Made by a program: the position numbers and the translations under genes
Assembly (NCBI GenBank): GCA_015062285.1
Contig: SUUY01000003.1
Span: 190,528-254,527, forward strand
DNA length: 64,000 nucleotides
Origin: Alphaproteobacteria bacterium
GTDB lineage: Bacteria; Pseudomonadota; Alphaproteobacteria; RF32; CAG-239
Direction: 5' to 3'
In this document: piece by piece, positions 39,616-50,832 of the stretch
Layout: each line of letters begins with the position of its first letter
Numbering within the stretch: the first letter of the stretch is position 1
The notes under the pieces: model-generated
What the model was told of the DNA's origin: nothing
Databases searched by the model: none
What the model saw: only the letters and a program-made list of their open reading frames with translations

Positions 39616-41700
39616 CTATTGATCCAAGAAACTTCTAAGTTTTCGAGACCTGCTCGGATGTTTGAGCTTACGCAAAGCCTTAGCTTCTATCTGACGAATA
39701 CGCTCACGAGTAACGTTAAACTGCTGACCAACTTCTTCCAAAGTATGATCCGTGTTCATACCAATACCAAAACGCATTCTCAACACCCTCTCCTCTCTTG
39801 GAGTAAGTGAAGATAAAATACGAGTACAAGTTTCTTTCAAATTTGAATGAATAGCAGAATCCAGTGGCTGTAATGCACTCTCATCAGCAATAAAATCACC
39901 TAATGATGAATCTTCTTCATCACCAACCGGAGCTTCCAAAGAAACAGGTTCCTTTGCAATTTTCATAACTTTGCGTACTTTTTCCAAAGGCATCGAAAGT
40001 CTTTTTGCCAATTCTTCCGGCACCGGTTCACGCCCCATCTCAGCCAACATCTGACGAGATGTACGCACCAATTTATTAATAGTTTCAATCATATGTACCG
40101 GAATACGAATTGTACGAGCTTGGTCTGCAATAGATCGAGTAATTGCTTGTCTGATCCACCATGTTGCATAAGTAGAAAATTTATAACCACGGCGATACTC
40201 AAACTTGTCTACGGCTTTCATTAACCCGATATTACCTTCTTGAATCAGATCCAAGAATTGCAAACCACGATTGGTATACTTTTTAGCAATAGAAATAACC
40301 AATCGCAAGTTTGCTTCAATCATTTCTTTTTTAGCTTTTTCGGCTTCACGTTCACCTTTTTTGATTGTATCAACCATACGACGATATTCACTAATCGGCA
40401 AACCGGTTTCTTGAGCCATTTGAGCAACAGAATCTCTAAGCTCTACAATTTCCAAACCATATTTTTCAACAAATGTCTGCCAATGTTTATCTTTTTTGTG
40501 TGATACTTCTTCCAGCCAATTTGGAGAAAGCTCAGATTTCTGATAAGCCTCTAAGAAATCTTCACGTTTGATCTTGCAAGACAAGGCATAACGCATGATT
40601 TTGCCTTCCAATCCCATCAAACGCTTATTGAGTTCGTTTAATTGTTCAACCAATTGCTCTACTCTGGTTGCATTTAGATGAATTGAGCTCATCAACTCAA
40701 CCAAATCTTTTTTAACTTCAATATATTGTTTTTCTACGGCAGGAGCAACTTTTTTACCGGCAATAATAGCACTAACACGTTGTTTCTGAATTTTCTTTAA
40801 ATCATCATAATAACTTGAGATTTTATTCAATATATCAAGAACCGGCTCCTTAAGAGCTTCTTCCATTGCCGATATAGAAGCAGAAGAACGGCCTCCGCTA
40901 CCATCAAGATCATCGTCTTCATCACCGGATCCGTTTTCTTCGTCATCATTGTCATTCATATCATCAGAAGCATCGTCTTCTTCAGGTTCATCATCAACAA
41001 CGCTGTCAAGCTCCATATCATCAGCATCAATATCTTCATCTATGTCATCAAGATTTTCTTTTGTTTCAAGATCAGCGGCAACCTTATCAAGGTCTTCATT
41101 CGACGAATCATCTTCTTCATCAAATTCCATTCCGTCGACATCGGCACCATACATCATTTCCAAATCGACAACATCACGTAATTGCATCGTACCATTTACA
41201 AGCTCATCACGCCATGCTGCGATTGCTTTAATTGTCATCGGGCTTTCGCACAAACCGTCAATCATAACCGTCTTTCCGGCTTCTATGCGTTTGGCAATTG
41301 CAATTTCTCCCTCACGAGACAGCAACTCAACCGTACCCATTTCCTTAAGATACATACGAACAGGGTCATCGCTTCGACCAAGTTCTTTTTCATCAAAATT
41401 ACCGCTATCATCATCATCTGAAGAATATTCATCTTCTTCAATGTTTTCACCATCATACCCTTCGGCATCAGATTCAGAAATGATACTAATTCCCAAATCA
41501 GAGATATTAGTCATTATATCTTCAATATTTTCTGAAGATTCACGTTCTGGAGGAAGAGCTCTATTCAACTCTTCCACGGTAATATAACCGCGTGTTTTAC
41601 CCTTTTCAATCAAACGCTTAACAGCACTTCCTAAAGAATCGATAAGAGGTGCATCTGTCGAAGAACCATCGTACAGATCAGTATTTTCAATGTCTGACAT
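39616..41700 (-). CDS. rpoD: RNA polymerase primary sigma factor (sigma-70) with a long acidic non-conserved region
   Basis: 694 aa protein. Region 2.4 and the -10 recognition helix (…[27 protein letters not shown]…), and region 4.2 (…[31 protein letters not shown]…). Confidence 0.97.
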   Translation of the reverse strand: MSDIENTDLYDGSSTDAPLIDSLGSAVKRLIEKGKTRGYITVEELNRALPPERESSENIEDIMTNISDLGISIISESDAEGYDGENIEEDEYSSDDDDSGNFDEKELGRSDDPVRMYLKEMGTVELLSREGEIAIAKRIEAGKTVMIDGLCESPMTIKAIAAWRDELVNGTMQLRDVVDLEMMYGADVDGMEFDEEDDSSNEDLDKVAADLETKENLDDIDEDIDADDMELDSVVDDEPEEDDASDDMNDNDDEENGSGDEDDDLDGSGGRSSASISAMEEALKEPVLDILNKISSYYDDLKKIQKQRVSAIIAGKKVAPAVEKQYIEVKKDLVELMSSIHLNATRVEQLVEQLNELNKRLMGLEGKIMRYALSCKIKREDFLEAYQKSELSPNWLEEVSHKKDKHWQTFVEKYGLEIVELRDSVAQMAQETGLPISEYRRMVDTIKKGEREAEKAKKEMIEANLRLVISIAKKYTNRGLQFLDLIQEGNIGLMKAVDKFEYRRGYKFSTYATWWIRQAITRSIADQARTIRIPVHMIETINKLVRTSRQMLAEMGREPVPEELAKRLSMPLEKVRKVMKIAKEPVSLEAPVGDEEDSSLGDFIADESALQPLDSAIHSNLKETCTRILSSLTPREERVLRMRFGIGMNTDHTLEEVGQQFNVTRERIRQIEAKALRKLKHPSRSRKLRSFLDQ

Positions 41701-41853
41701 TAATATTCCTTATATATAAAACCGGTTTTGAGCCACATCACAAGCCCGTGAGATTTGTACTGACTTTTGTATCAGATGTCAAGAGATTACATATATTTTA
41801 TTAAAAAAATATTACCATAATACCACGATTCGTTTATTATCCTTATTTTTTTG

Positions 41854-43668
41854 CTATTCGCCATTTTGGGTTGCCAAAAGTGCTTGTTGCTCTTTTTTTA
41901 ATTTTTCATAGCGATTATACACTTCTTCCGAAAACGAATCGCCAGTTTGCATAACACGCATGCACTCCCTGATATCCGCATCTAACTGACGCAATTGCAC
42001 CTCAATAATACGCTCATCAAGATCTTTACGCATTTTTAATATATCTGAACAATGTTTTTGCAACATTTTAAGCTCTATACGCTTTTTCAATTCTTCATCA
42101 AATCCTTTATCTGTTAATATTTGTTGCAATTCATCGCTATTTTTAATTTCAACTCCTTCATGAACAAGCTCAAGCATATAATCATACATATGTCTCAACT
42201 TTTCAGATTTTATCTTAAATCCCAATAACTTTTCTTCATATTCCTCAATCAGCTGCGGATAACAGATTAATGCAGAAACAACATATTCAGCTACCAAATC
42301 GTCCAGATCCGTTCTAATAGAACTCACCAACGAAACCGTTGTTTTTTCTTGCTTACGATAATATTGATTTTCTTCGCGCTTGTTTTGCTTCCAAACAGAC
42401 CCCCGACCAATTTCCCGATAGATCTTTGTTTTCATATCTTGGGTATAATAATTTCTCACCGTATCATCAGCAATTTTTGCCACTTCGTCTCTAACATTTT
42501 TTTCTAACAAAGCTTTTTGTTCCGGAGTATTTGCCGCTACCGCATCATAATTTTTCTTCCACAACAAATCTTTAAGCGGCATTGTATCACTCATCAATTT
42601 AAGAAACTCATCTCGTCCATGAGCTTTCAAAAACTCATCAGGATCTTGCTTGTCGGGCAAAAAGGCATATTGCAACGAAAATCCCGGTTTTAAAATCGGC
42701 AACACCCTATCCACCGAGCGAATAGCGGCTCTAATTCCGGCATTATCACCATCAAAACAACAAATCGGCTCTGCTACAACTTTCCATGCTTCCATGATTT
42801 GGTCTTCGGTTAGTGCCGTTCCCAAAGGAGCGACAGCATAGTTAATACCGAATTTGTCCATGGCAATAACGTCCATATAACCTTCACATATTATCAAACT
42901 TTTAGCATCATAACCGGCATCTCTGGCATTATTAAGATTATAAAGCACTCTTCGTTTATTAAATACCGGAGTTTCCGGAGAATTAAGATATTTAGGCTGA
43001 CTACCGTCCATAACTCTTCCACCAAAGGCAATAACCTTCCCTCTCTTATCCATAATCGGAATCATTACCCTATTACGAAAAAAGTCATGAGTTCTCTTAT
43101 TTTCAGGAATTGCCAACAAACCAAGCTCGGCCATTTCCTGTTCGGTTATACCTTTGGATGTCAACTGAGCCTTCAATCCATTATTATTCGGAGCAAACCC
43201 AAGTCTGAACTTAGAAATGATAGCATCATCAAAACCTCGAGCATATAAATAATCTAAAGCTTCTCGCCCACCGGTCAACCGCAAGTTCTTTTCAAAAAAC
43301 TTGGCCGCCATTTCCATAATATCATATGCGGTATTTCTTTTTTCGACAACTTCTTTGGCTTCCGGATTTAGTTTTGGCAGTTGCATCCCGACTTTATGGG
43401 CCAACTTTTCAACCGCATCAATAAACGACAAACCATTGGCATCCATTTCAAATTTAATAATATCGCCATGAGCTCCGCAACCAAAGCAGTGATAAAATCC
43501 TTTTGCTTCATTTACGGTAAAAGACGGAGTTTTCTCATTATGAAACGGACACAAACCTGTATACTCACGCCCTTTACGTGTGAGTTTAACTTTTTGACCA
43601 ACCACATCGGCAATAGATATCTTCGCCCGTAGTTCATCGCAAAATTTTTGTAAATCCGTATTAGCCAT
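41854..43668 (-). CDS. dnaG: DNA primase
   Basis: 604 aa protein. Zinc-binding CPFHNEKTPSF…CFGCGAHGD, a TOPRIM domain (…ICEGYMDVIA…FDGDNAGIRAA…) and a C-terminal helicase-interaction domain. Confidence 0.95.
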   Translation of the reverse strand: MANTDLQKFCDELRAKISIADVVGQKVKLTRKGREYTGLCPFHNEKTPSFTVNEAKGFYHCFGCGAHGDIIKFEMDANGLSFIDAVEKLAHKVGMQLPKLNPEAKEVVEKRNTAYDIMEMAAKFFEKNLRLTGGREALDYLYARGFDDAIISKFRLGFAPNNNGLKAQLTSKGITEQEMAELGLLAIPENKRTHDFFRNRVMIPIMDKRGKVIAFGGRVMDGSQPKYLNSPETPVFNKRRVLYNLNNARDAGYDAKSLIICEGYMDVIAMDKFGINYAVAPLGTALTEDQIMEAWKVVAEPICCFDGDNAGIRAAIRSVDRVLPILKPGFSLQYAFLPDKQDPDEFLKAHGRDEFLKLMSDTMPLKDLLWKKNYDAVAANTPEQKALLEKNVRDEVAKIADDTVRNYYTQDMKTKIYREIGRGSVWKQNKREENQYYRKQEKTTVSLVSSIRTDLDDLVAEYVVSALICYPQLIEEYEEKLLGFKIKSEKLRHMYDYMLELVHEGVEIKNSDELQQILTDKGFDEELKKRIELKMLQKHCSDILKMRKDLDERIIEVQLRQLDADIRECMRVMQTGDSFSEEVYNRYEKLKKEQQALLATQNGE

Positions 43669-43767
43669 TTAATTTCATACTATTTTCTAAAACATTATCA
43701 TCACTATTTTTAATCAAATATTTTTTCTTTGTCCATAATAATCTTATGTCATTAGGCTTAAATAACT

Positions 43768-43790
43768 GGGGGCTTGGTTTCCCAAGCCCC
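43768..43790. other. GC-rich hairpin GGGGGCTTGG tttc CCAAGCCCC without a flanking U-run
   Basis: Seen directly. It lies 100 nt upstream of the dnaG start and downstream of the yqeY stop. Confidence 0.5.
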
Positions 43791-43791
43791 T

Positions 43792-43834
43792 CTAACCACT
43801 AACCACTAATCACTAATGACTAATCACTAACTAA
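43792..43834. repeat. Heptanucleotide microsatellite, about six units of cta(a/t)(c/t)(c/g/t)a
   Basis: ctaacca ctaacca ctaatca ctaatga ctaatca ctaacta. It overlaps the last two codons and the stop of yqeY. Confidence 0.7.
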
Positions 43835-44279
43835 GAGCCGCTTTTACAACACCATTGGCTTTTCCAAAATCCATCTGACCGGCATATTTGGCTTTAAGAG
43901 CACCCATAACTTTTCCCATATCCTTCATAGATGTTGCACCGGTTTCTGTGATCAAAGCCTTAATCGCAGCCTCTACTTCGGCATCATTCATCTGCTTCGG
44001 CAAAAAGCGTTCAATAACAGCAATCTCCGCTCTTTCTTTTTCAGCCAATTCCGGACGATTACCATCCATGTACATTTTAATTGAATCATTACGTTGCTTA
44101 ATCATTGTTTGCATCATAGACATCAATTCAGCATCGGTAGCTTCTTTTGCACCCTTTCCTCTTGCTTCTACATCTTTTTCTTTTTGTCCGGCAATAATCA
44201 TACGCACCGCACTTGTGGTGATTGTATCATGAGCCAACATCGATTCTTTTAATGCCTTTTGCAAATCTTCACGTAACAT
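43827..44279 (-). CDS. yqeY: GatB/YqeY-domain protein
   Basis: 150 aa protein, …LKESMLAHDTITTSAVRMIIAGQKEKDVEARGKGAKEATDAELMSMMQTMIKQR…, the YqeY consensus. It lies upstream of dnaG-rpoD as in many bacteria. Confidence 0.85.
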   Translation of the reverse strand: MLREDLQKALKESMLAHDTITTSAVRMIIAGQKEKDVEARGKGAKEATDAELMSMMQTMIKQRNDSIKMYMDGNRPELAEKERAEIAVIERFLPKQMNDAEVEAAIKALITETGATSMKDMGKVMGALKAKYAGQMDFGKANGVVKAALS

Positions 44280-44390
44280 AAATTTTCTCCTAAATATTCA
44301 AACTGCCTCAGAGCATATACTTATATTGTCAAAAAATCAATTGCCTTTATATCATAATGATACTATTTTATTTGCAAGGAGGATTTTACC

Positions 44391-45119
44391 ATGAAAAAAT
44401 TTTTAAGTATTTGCACATCTGTTTTAGCTCTTAGTTTCTCGGCTCAAGCTCAAGATGACATTATCAATTCAAATGTCCAAAAACAATTTGCCGAAACTCA
44501 AGCTGCAATGGAAAAATCTCTTATCACCATGGATAAACAAATGCAAAAAGTTATGCCTGTTGTTGCCGAAAGTATGGGCCAAATGATGCAAAACTTTTTT
44601 CAAACCCTTCCCCCTCTTCTTAAATCAATCGAAGAAAACAATGTGCTAAGTAAAGCTGCAGACAAAATGACACAAGAAATCAACTCACAAGTTAAACAAG
44701 CTAACGAGACATTTCAGGATTACAAAAGCTATCAATCAGAAAAAATCATTAAATCCAAAGATACTTTTATGGTATCCGGAAGCACTAACGACAATGGCAA
44801 AATATTGGAATTTTCTTACAATCAAAACAGCGATCGCCTAAAAGAACTGTTAAATGCCTTCAGTATCAAGAGTAATGCTAACAGCAAACAAACTTTCAGT
44901 CTTACTGATCTCAACAACCAAAAATTAAAAAGCAAAGACTTTCAAATGGAAACTATTGCCTCCAATAATTATCTCGTCTATGATGACGGAGACACTTATT
45001 GTTACATCACAGGCATTACCGAAAACAACATTATTATCAGAGTACTTGCTACCGGACCGGACGCACCCAATCGTGCCAGAAACTTTGTTAAAAGCGCTAA
45101 AACACAGTATGTTATGTGA
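44391..45119 (+). CDS. Secreted protein of unknown function
   Basis: Signal peptide MKKFLSICTSVLALSFSAQAQ. 242 aa, Q/N/K-rich. Confidence 0.5.
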   Translation: MKKFLSICTSVLALSFSAQAQDDIINSNVQKQFAETQAAMEKSLITMDKQMQKVMPVVAESMGQMMQNFFQTLPPLLKSIEENNVLSKAADKMTQEINSQVKQANETFQDYKSYQSEKIIKSKDTFMVSGSTNDNGKILEFSYNQNSDRLKELLNAFSIKSNANSKQTFSLTDLNNQKLKSKDFQMETIASNNYLVYDDGDTYCYITGITENNIIIRVLATGPDAPNRARNFVKSAKTQYVM

Positions 45120-45121
45120 TA

Positions 45122-45457
45122 TTATCCCAACAATCTGCCACCGATAGCAACAGTATTTGCAGGCATATCAACAAACCAAACATTTACAAAGCTTGGTTCA
45201 ACATCTATGCGGCTTACTACCAAGTCAGTTAACTGCTTCGCGAGAGAATTTTTATCACCAAAACCAATTGATTTCATCTCAATCAAAGCACCTTTGGTTT
45301 GATTATTTCCATCAAAAGACATATTTGCATTATGTATTACGTTTACCACCACATAACGCACCGGCTTACCCAATTGATTTGCTACCAAATTTGCAGCATC
45401 AACTGACATTTGTTTATCATCAATATCACTATTGGTATAAATTGTTAAAAACGGCAT
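45122..45457 (-). CDS. MIF / tautomerase-superfamily protein (macrophage migration inhibitory factor-like; N-terminal Pro1)
   Basis: From the internal Met: MPFLTIYTNSDIDD…GKPVRYVVVNVIHNANMSFDGNNQTKGALIEMKSIGFGDKNSLAKQLTDLVVSRIDVEPSFVNVWFVDM. Compare MIF [53 protein letters not shown]. Confidence 0.65.
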   Translation of the reverse strand: MPFLTIYTNSDIDDKQMSVDAANLVANQLGKPVRYVVVNVIHNANMSFDGNNQTKGALIEMKSIGFGDKNSLAKQLTDLVVSRIDVEPSFVNVWFVDMPANTVAIGGRLLG

Positions 45458-45488
45458 TACTTTCCTCCTAATATCAAAATACAAAATA

Positions 45489-45938
45489 TTATTCCAAGAT
45501 ATAATGAAGCCCCCAAGCAACAGCAATCCCTAAGAAAAACCCGGCAATTACCTCTTTAGGTGTATGCCCAAGCAATTCTTTTAATTGAGCCGATTTGGTC
45601 TTTATGTCAGATCGATAAAAATCTTTAATTATTTGATTTACAAGCCTTGCAATTTCACCGGCATTTCTACGCAAACTTGCCGCATCATGCATCACAACCA
45701 AAGCATAACCGGCACTCACTGCAAACAGCAAAGAATCAAAACCGCCAATCAACCCAACCGATGTCGTGAGCGAACAAACACCTGCACTGTGAGAACTTGG
45801 CATTCCGCCTGTTGTAGATAATTTTTCAAAATCTATTTCTTTGGTCTTAACATAAAAAGTAAAAAGTTTTAAGACCTGAGCCAACAGCACAGCGATAAGT
45901 CCGCCGATAATTGCCTCAAAACCAGTATTATAAACCAT
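45489..45938 (-). CDS. DUF212 (YuiD-like, divergent PAP2 superfamily) membrane protein
   Basis: …GGMPSSHSAGVCSL…LGHTPKEVIAGFFLGIAVAW. The start is placed at MVYNTGFEA, which has a GAGG SD; the track ORF begins 78 nt earlier. Confidence 0.7.
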   Translation of the reverse strand: MVYNTGFEAIIGGLIAVLLAQVLKLFTFYVKTKEIDFEKLSTTGGMPSSHSAGVCSLTTSVGLIGGFDSLLFAVSAGYALVVMHDAASLRRNAGEIARLVNQIIKDFYRSDIKTKSAQLKELLGHTPKEVIAGFFLGIAVAWGLHYILE

Positions 45939-46065
45939 TTTAACCTCATAAAATATATTATACAAAAGTAACAAAAAATATGCATGAATTAAACTATAAT
46001 CCCAAATTATTAACAAAAAAGATGCCCCTTTACTGGGGCATCTTTAGCGCATATAATATCAAGCT

Positions 46066-48900
46066 TTATTCATCATCCTGAATACCGATTGTCGGTTCTT
46101 CCGGTAATGTATCCTCATCAGGAGCGTTTTCTCCCAAAACTTCAGATCCGGCTCCTTCTTCTAGTTCTTCTTCTGCAGAATCATCTGCATCTAACCAAGT
46201 AACAGAAACAACCTTTTCATCTTCTGCCAAGCGGAACAAAATCACACCTTGGGTTTTTCTACCGGCAATGCGAATATCCGAAACAGGCATTCTGATAAGT
46301 TTTCCGCCATCAGTAACCATCATAATCTGATTACTGTCTTCTATCGGGAATGAACTTACAATTTCTTTATTACGAGCAGACATTTCCATATTGGCAATAC
46401 CTTGCCCGCCCCTACCTGTTACACGATATTCATAAGAAGATGAACGTTTACCATATCCGGTAGTTGTTACAGATAAAATAAACTGCTCTTTTTCACGCAT
46501 AGCTTCATATTTTTCCGGCGTTAAAACTGTCATTTCAACACCTGTTTCTTCTAATGCAACCACACAATCACCGCCTCTTTCTGCCTGAATACGTTTAATT
46601 GCAGAAGAAATTTTCAAATATTCATCACGTTCTTCTGAGGTTGCATCACTATGATTTAAGATTGACATTGATATAACTTCGTCTTTACTTGCCAACTTAA
46701 TGCCTCTGACACCGGTTGAATTTCTGCCCACAAACACACGAACATCTGTAACCGGGAAGCGAATACATTTACCGCTGCGAGCAGCCAACAAAACATCTTC
46801 TTCTTCATTACAAATACGAACGTTGATAAGTTTATCTCCCTCATCAAGTTTCATTGCAATCTTACCGTTAGATTGAACATTTACAAAGTCCATCAAAGAG
46901 TTACGGCGAACATTACCTTGAGAAGTTGCAAACATAATTGACAAATCTTTGCACTCAGCCTCATTCTCCGGCAACTTCATAATGGTTGTAATTGTTTCAC
47001 CTGCATCAAGTGGCAACAAGTTAATAAACGGCTTACCTTTAGATGTCGGAGAACCTAAAGGAAGTTTATAAACCTTCATCTTATATACCAAACCTTTAGA
47101 TGAGAAGAACAACACCGGAGTATGTGTACTTGCCACAAACAAACGAGTTACAAAATCTTCTTCTTTGGTTGTCATGCCGGATTTTCCTTTTCCGCCACGT
47201 TTCTGTGCCTTATAAGCATTGAGCGGAACTCGCTTAATATAACCGGCTTCAGTAACAGTAACAACCATTTCTTCTCGTTGAATTAAAGATTCAATATCTG
47301 TATCATACTCAATATCTTCAATTTTAGTGTAACGAGGGGTTGCATATTCATCTTTAATCGCAACCAATTCATCACGCATAATACCATATAATTTTTCCCT
47401 ACTTGAAAGAATAGACAAGCATTCCTTAATTTCTTCTCCAAGTCCGACCAACTCCTCATGGATCTTATCTCGCTCTAAACCAGTCAAACGTTGCAATTTA
47501 AGATCCAATATTGCTCGAGCTTGAGCCTCAGATAAACGATACGTACCGTTCTCAACTTTACGATCAGGCTCATCAATCAGTTTGACTAAAGTTTCGACAT
47601 CACCTGCCGGCCAATTTCTTGCAAGCAAAGCCTCCTTAGCTTCTTGCGGATTTGGCGAAGTACGAATCAAGTCAATAACCGGATCAATATTTTCTACAGC
47701 TATTGCTAATCCTACCAATACATGAGCTCTGTCACGAGCTTTATTCAGCTCATAAATTGTACGACGACGAATTACTTCTTCTCTAAACTCAATAAATGCA
47801 GAGATAATCTCCTTTAGGTTCATCATCATCGGGCGACCGTTATGAATTGCCAGCATATTCATACCAAAGCTTGTTTGAAGCGGAGTATATTTATATAACT
47901 GATTCAAAACCACATCGGCTTGGAAATCACGTTTAATTTCAATAACGACACGCACACCATGACGATCAGATTCATCTCTGATCTCACCAATTCCTTCAAG
48001 TTTTTTCTCTTTAACCAATTCGGCAATACGAGTAATCATCGCAGCTTTATTCACTTGATACGGTATCTCATGTACAATGATTGCTTCACGATCTTTGTGC
48101 AATTCTTCAATTGTACATTTTGCTCTCATCATAACTGATCCGCGTCCGGTCAAATAAGCAGATTTAGCACCTGAATATCCCAAAATCAAACCACCTGTCG
48201 GAAAATCAGGCCCCGGAACAATGCGAATCATATCTTCAATAGATATTTCCGGATCATCAATATATGCACAGCAAGCATCAATAACTTCTCCCAAATTGTG
48301 TGGAGGAATATTGGTTGCCATACCCACCGCAATACCGTTTGCACCATTTACCAACAAGTTCGGATAACTTGCCGGCAATACGGAAGGTTCTTGCAAACTT
48401 TCATCATAGTTGGGCATAAAGTCGACAGTGTCTTTATCAATGTCATCAATCAAAGCATGAGCAACTTTAGCCAAACGAGCTTCGGTATAACGCATTGCCG
48501 CAGCACTGTCACCATCCATAGAACCAAAGTTACCTTGACCGTCAATCAAAGGCACTCTCATTGCAAATGGCTGGGCCATACGCACCATTGCGTCATAAAC
48601 AGATGAATCACCGTGTGGGTGATATTTACCTAACACATCACCAACAATACGAGCCGATTTTCTAAACGGACGATTATAGTCATAGCCGTTTTCATAAGCC
48701 GAATATATAATACGGCGGTGAACCGGTTTCAAACCATCTCGCACATCAGGCAAAGCACGAGACACAATCACGCTCATTGCATAATCCAAATATGAGCGTC
48801 TCATCTCTTCCGAAATTTCTACCGGAGAAATATCTTTATTTGTGTTTTCAACAACTTGATTAATATCTTCAGACACTTTTTTTACCTTTTTATAGTTCAA
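46066..48900 (-). CDS. gyrA: DNA gyrase subunit A
   Basis: 944 aa protein. Active-site region …[11 protein letters not shown]…, QRDR …[17 protein letters not shown]…, a C-terminal beta-pinwheel with GyrA-box-like repeats, and an acidic tail. Confidence 0.97.
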   Translation of the reverse strand: MNYKKVKKVSEDINQVVENTNKDISPVEISEEMRRSYLDYAMSVIVSRALPDVRDGLKPVHRRIIYSAYENGYDYNRPFRKSARIVGDVLGKYHPHGDSSVYDAMVRMAQPFAMRVPLIDGQGNFGSMDGDSAAAMRYTEARLAKVAHALIDDIDKDTVDFMPNYDESLQEPSVLPASYPNLLVNGANGIAVGMATNIPPHNLGEVIDACCAYIDDPEISIEDMIRIVPGPDFPTGGLILGYSGAKSAYLTGRGSVMMRAKCTIEELHKDREAIIVHEIPYQVNKAAMITRIAELVKEKKLEGIGEIRDESDRHGVRVVIEIKRDFQADVVLNQLYKYTPLQTSFGMNMLAIHNGRPMMMNLKEIISAFIEFREEVIRRRTIYELNKARDRAHVLVGLAIAVENIDPVIDLIRTSPNPQEAKEALLARNWPAGDVETLVKLIDEPDRKVENGTYRLSEAQARAILDLKLQRLTGLERDKIHEELVGLGEEIKECLSILSSREKLYGIMRDELVAIKDEYATPRYTKIEDIEYDTDIESLIQREEMVVTVTEAGYIKRVPLNAYKAQKRGGKGKSGMTTKEEDFVTRLFVASTHTPVLFFSSKGLVYKMKVYKLPLGSPTSKGKPFINLLPLDAGETITTIMKLPENEAECKDLSIMFATSQGNVRRNSLMDFVNVQSNGKIAMKLDEGDKLINVRICNEEEDVLLAARSGKCIRFPVTDVRVFVGRNSTGVRGIKLASKDEVISMSILNHSDATSEERDEYLKISSAIKRIQAERGGDCVVALEETGVEMTVLTPEKYEAMREKEQFILSVTTTGYGKRSSSYEYRVTGRGGQGIANMEMSARNKEIVSSFPIEDSNQIMMVTDGGKLIRMPVSDIRIAGRKTQGVILFRLAEDEKVVSVTWLDADDSAEEELEEGAGSEVLGENAPDEDTLPEEPTIGIQDDE

Positions 48901-49062
48901 ACTTCCCCAAATATATCAGAAAACAAAAAACTATGTCAGTTTTTTTACCGAGTTATACCCAGATAAAAATGCCATTTTTGTTTCTACGGGCAAAAAAACC
49001 GCCTTAAAATCGATTTTCAGTCAAAAAAAGATTTTAAAAGTTAACAATATTTTCTTCAAATC

Positions 49063-49089
49063 ACAAAAAAGCGGCCTTATCGGCCGCTT
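49063..49089 (-). terminator. Rho-independent terminator of ssb
   Basis: Sequence aaaaaAGCGGCCttatcGGCCGCTt. The U-run is on the minus-strand RNA. Confidence 0.7.
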
Positions 49090-49110
49090 CAAACTTTTTA
49101 CATAATATAT

Positions 49111-49575
49111 TTAGAATGGAATATCATCATCTAAATCTGCTGCCGGAGCTGCACTGTTATCCCAACCGGCATTACCACTTGCCGGAGAAAAAACATCATT
49201 TCCGCCTGCCGGAACTCCGTCACCTTTAGCATCTAACAACACCATTGTTCCGCCAAAGTTTTGCAAAACAACTTCTGTAGAATAACGTTCTTGGCCGTTG
49301 TTATCTTCCCATTTGCGAGTTTGGAGTTGACCTTCCAAATAAACTTTAGAACCCTTACGCAAATAACGCTCAGCAACATCAGCCAGTTGTGGATTAAAAA
49401 TAACAACTCGGTGCCACTCCGTGCGATCCTTACGTTCACCGGAAAGTTTATCCTTCCATGTATCTGTTGTTGCAACACTCAAATTAACAATCTTTGCTCC
49501 GTTTGGTGTATTGCTAACTCTCGGATCAGCACCCAAATTACCAACCAAAATCACTTTATTAATGCTTCCAGCCAT
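49111..49575 (-). CDS. ssb: Single-stranded DNA-binding protein
   Basis: 154 aa. OB fold ([16 protein letters not shown]…) and the conserved C-terminal tail DDDIPF. Confidence 0.95.
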   Translation of the reverse strand: MAGSINKVILVGNLGADPRVSNTPNGAKIVNLSVATTDTWKDKLSGERKDRTEWHRVVIFNPQLADVAERYLRKGSKVYLEGQLQTRKWEDNNGQERYSTEVVLQNFGGTMVLLDAKGDGVPAGGNDVFSPASGNAGWDNSAAPAADLDDDIPF

Positions 49576-49648
49576 TTTATTATACCTTATAAAAAATTAA
49601 AACTCCTCCAAATATACATTGAGTTTTTATGATTAGCAAATAAAAAAA

Positions 49649-50713
49649 TCAATAAACCTGTGTATATTCTTCATCATTTACCTCATATATGCCATAAAGC
49701 TGTGAATTATTATCGCCTTTCCATGGTACAATATCTGAAGAGCCCAAAATAATATTTCTGATTATATTTGCATCTAGGGTTTTTGCTTTATTTACCACAT
49801 TTGCCCATGCTCTTAAAGAAGCAAAACTATATACCCCCAAACCGACCGGCTCCATACTTTTCAAACGTAAATCAACCAATGTCTCCGTAAAATAAGGGTT
49901 ATTTTTTATATTCCTTAACCCCAAGAAAAACTGTTTATCTAAATTTTTTTCACCCTCAACTACTGAATACCTGTCTCTAAAAATAACAATATTATCATTT
50001 TTAGAGATTAACTTTCCGGCAATCTTATTAACCTTATCTGAATCAGCTAAAATATATACAACATCATTCTTACTCACATCTTTGGCTAAGGCATCATAAT
50101 CAAAACCATACTTCTCTAAGGAATAAACAGATAAAACATCTGACAAATGAGATTGCTCAAACAACCCTTGTACATCAATAATTGTATTTACCAGATTATT
50201 ATCAGACAAATCATAAATTAATGCCACTGATTTCCCCGAATATCTTAACTTATAAAAGTCAAAAAATGTTTTTGCTTGTTCCTTGTGGTAGCCAATTACA
50301 TTTAACGCCCTTGCTTCTGAAGTTAACGGATTTATCGCAATTTGTGCTATATTATTATCAGCATAGATATTTGATATATCTGAGAATTTATTCAAACAAT
50401 ACGGACCAACCACCAAATCTATCTTATCTTCATCTGATTTTAAGCTTAGCATTTGAGCCATTGTAATAGCATAAGTATCATTACATCTGTCATCTGCAAC
50501 AATCAGATTAATTTTTTGTCCCAATATTCCACCCTTAGAATTAACATCTTTAACAGCAATATTAACTCCATCGACAACTTCTTTTCCATACTGAGCATAC
50601 TTACCTTCTTGTGGAGCTACCACCACCACATTCACGGCAGCCTGCGCTTCACCGGCACACAACAAGAAAAACAATATTTTCAAAAACTTAAACATCAACA
50701 CCAAGCTAAACAT
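49649..50713 (-). CDS. ABC transporter periplasmic substrate-binding protein (type-1 PBP, Leu/Ile/Val-binding-like)
   Basis: Signal peptide. …[51 protein letters not shown]… is typical of LivJ/LivK-family binding proteins. No cognate permease genes are adjacent. Confidence 0.7.
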   Translation of the reverse strand: MFSLVLMFKFLKILFFLLCAGEAQAAVNVVVVAPQEGKYAQYGKEVVDGVNIAVKDVNSKGGILGQKINLIVADDRCNDTYAITMAQMLSLKSDEDKIDLVVGPYCLNKFSDISNIYADNNIAQIAINPLTSEARALNVIGYHKEQAKTFFDFYKLRYSGKSVALIYDLSDNNLVNTIIDVQGLFEQSHLSDVLSVYSLEKYGFDYDALAKDVSKNDVVYILADSDKVNKIAGKLISKNDNIVIFRDRYSVVEGEKNLDKQFFLGLRNIKNNPYFTETLVDLRLKSMEPVGLGVYSFASLRAWANVVNKAKTLDANIIRNIILGSSDIVPWKGDNNSQLYGIYEVNDEEYTQVY

Positions 50714-50832
50714 TAAACATTTTGGCGGATATTATCATTTTTTTATCATTTTGCAATCATTTTTATCATATCACAATTTGTTATTGCTATCATGCTTCGT
50801 TTCATCTATATTATTCGTTCAGGAGAAATAAA

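Noticed and set aside
40949-41587. 212 aa Ser-rich plus-strand ORF inside rpoD; similarly 11685..12182 inside gatA, 52524..53249 inside uvrA and 8491..8955 inside the DUF192 gene
   Set aside because: These are antisense or alternate-frame shadows of well-supported genes. Low-complexity translation of the acidic rpoD insert gives the poly-Ser ORF.
43792-43834. Possible CRISPR-like array
   Set aside because: The units are 7 bp with no spacers, so this is a microsatellite and not a CRISPR array. No cas genes are present.
50714-50832. Repeated tttatcat motifs upstream of uvrA as DnaA boxes or an origin
   Set aside because: There is only a loose resemblance to TTATCCACA. The region is short with no dnaA or other replication genes nearby, so it is an ordinary AT-rich promoter region.
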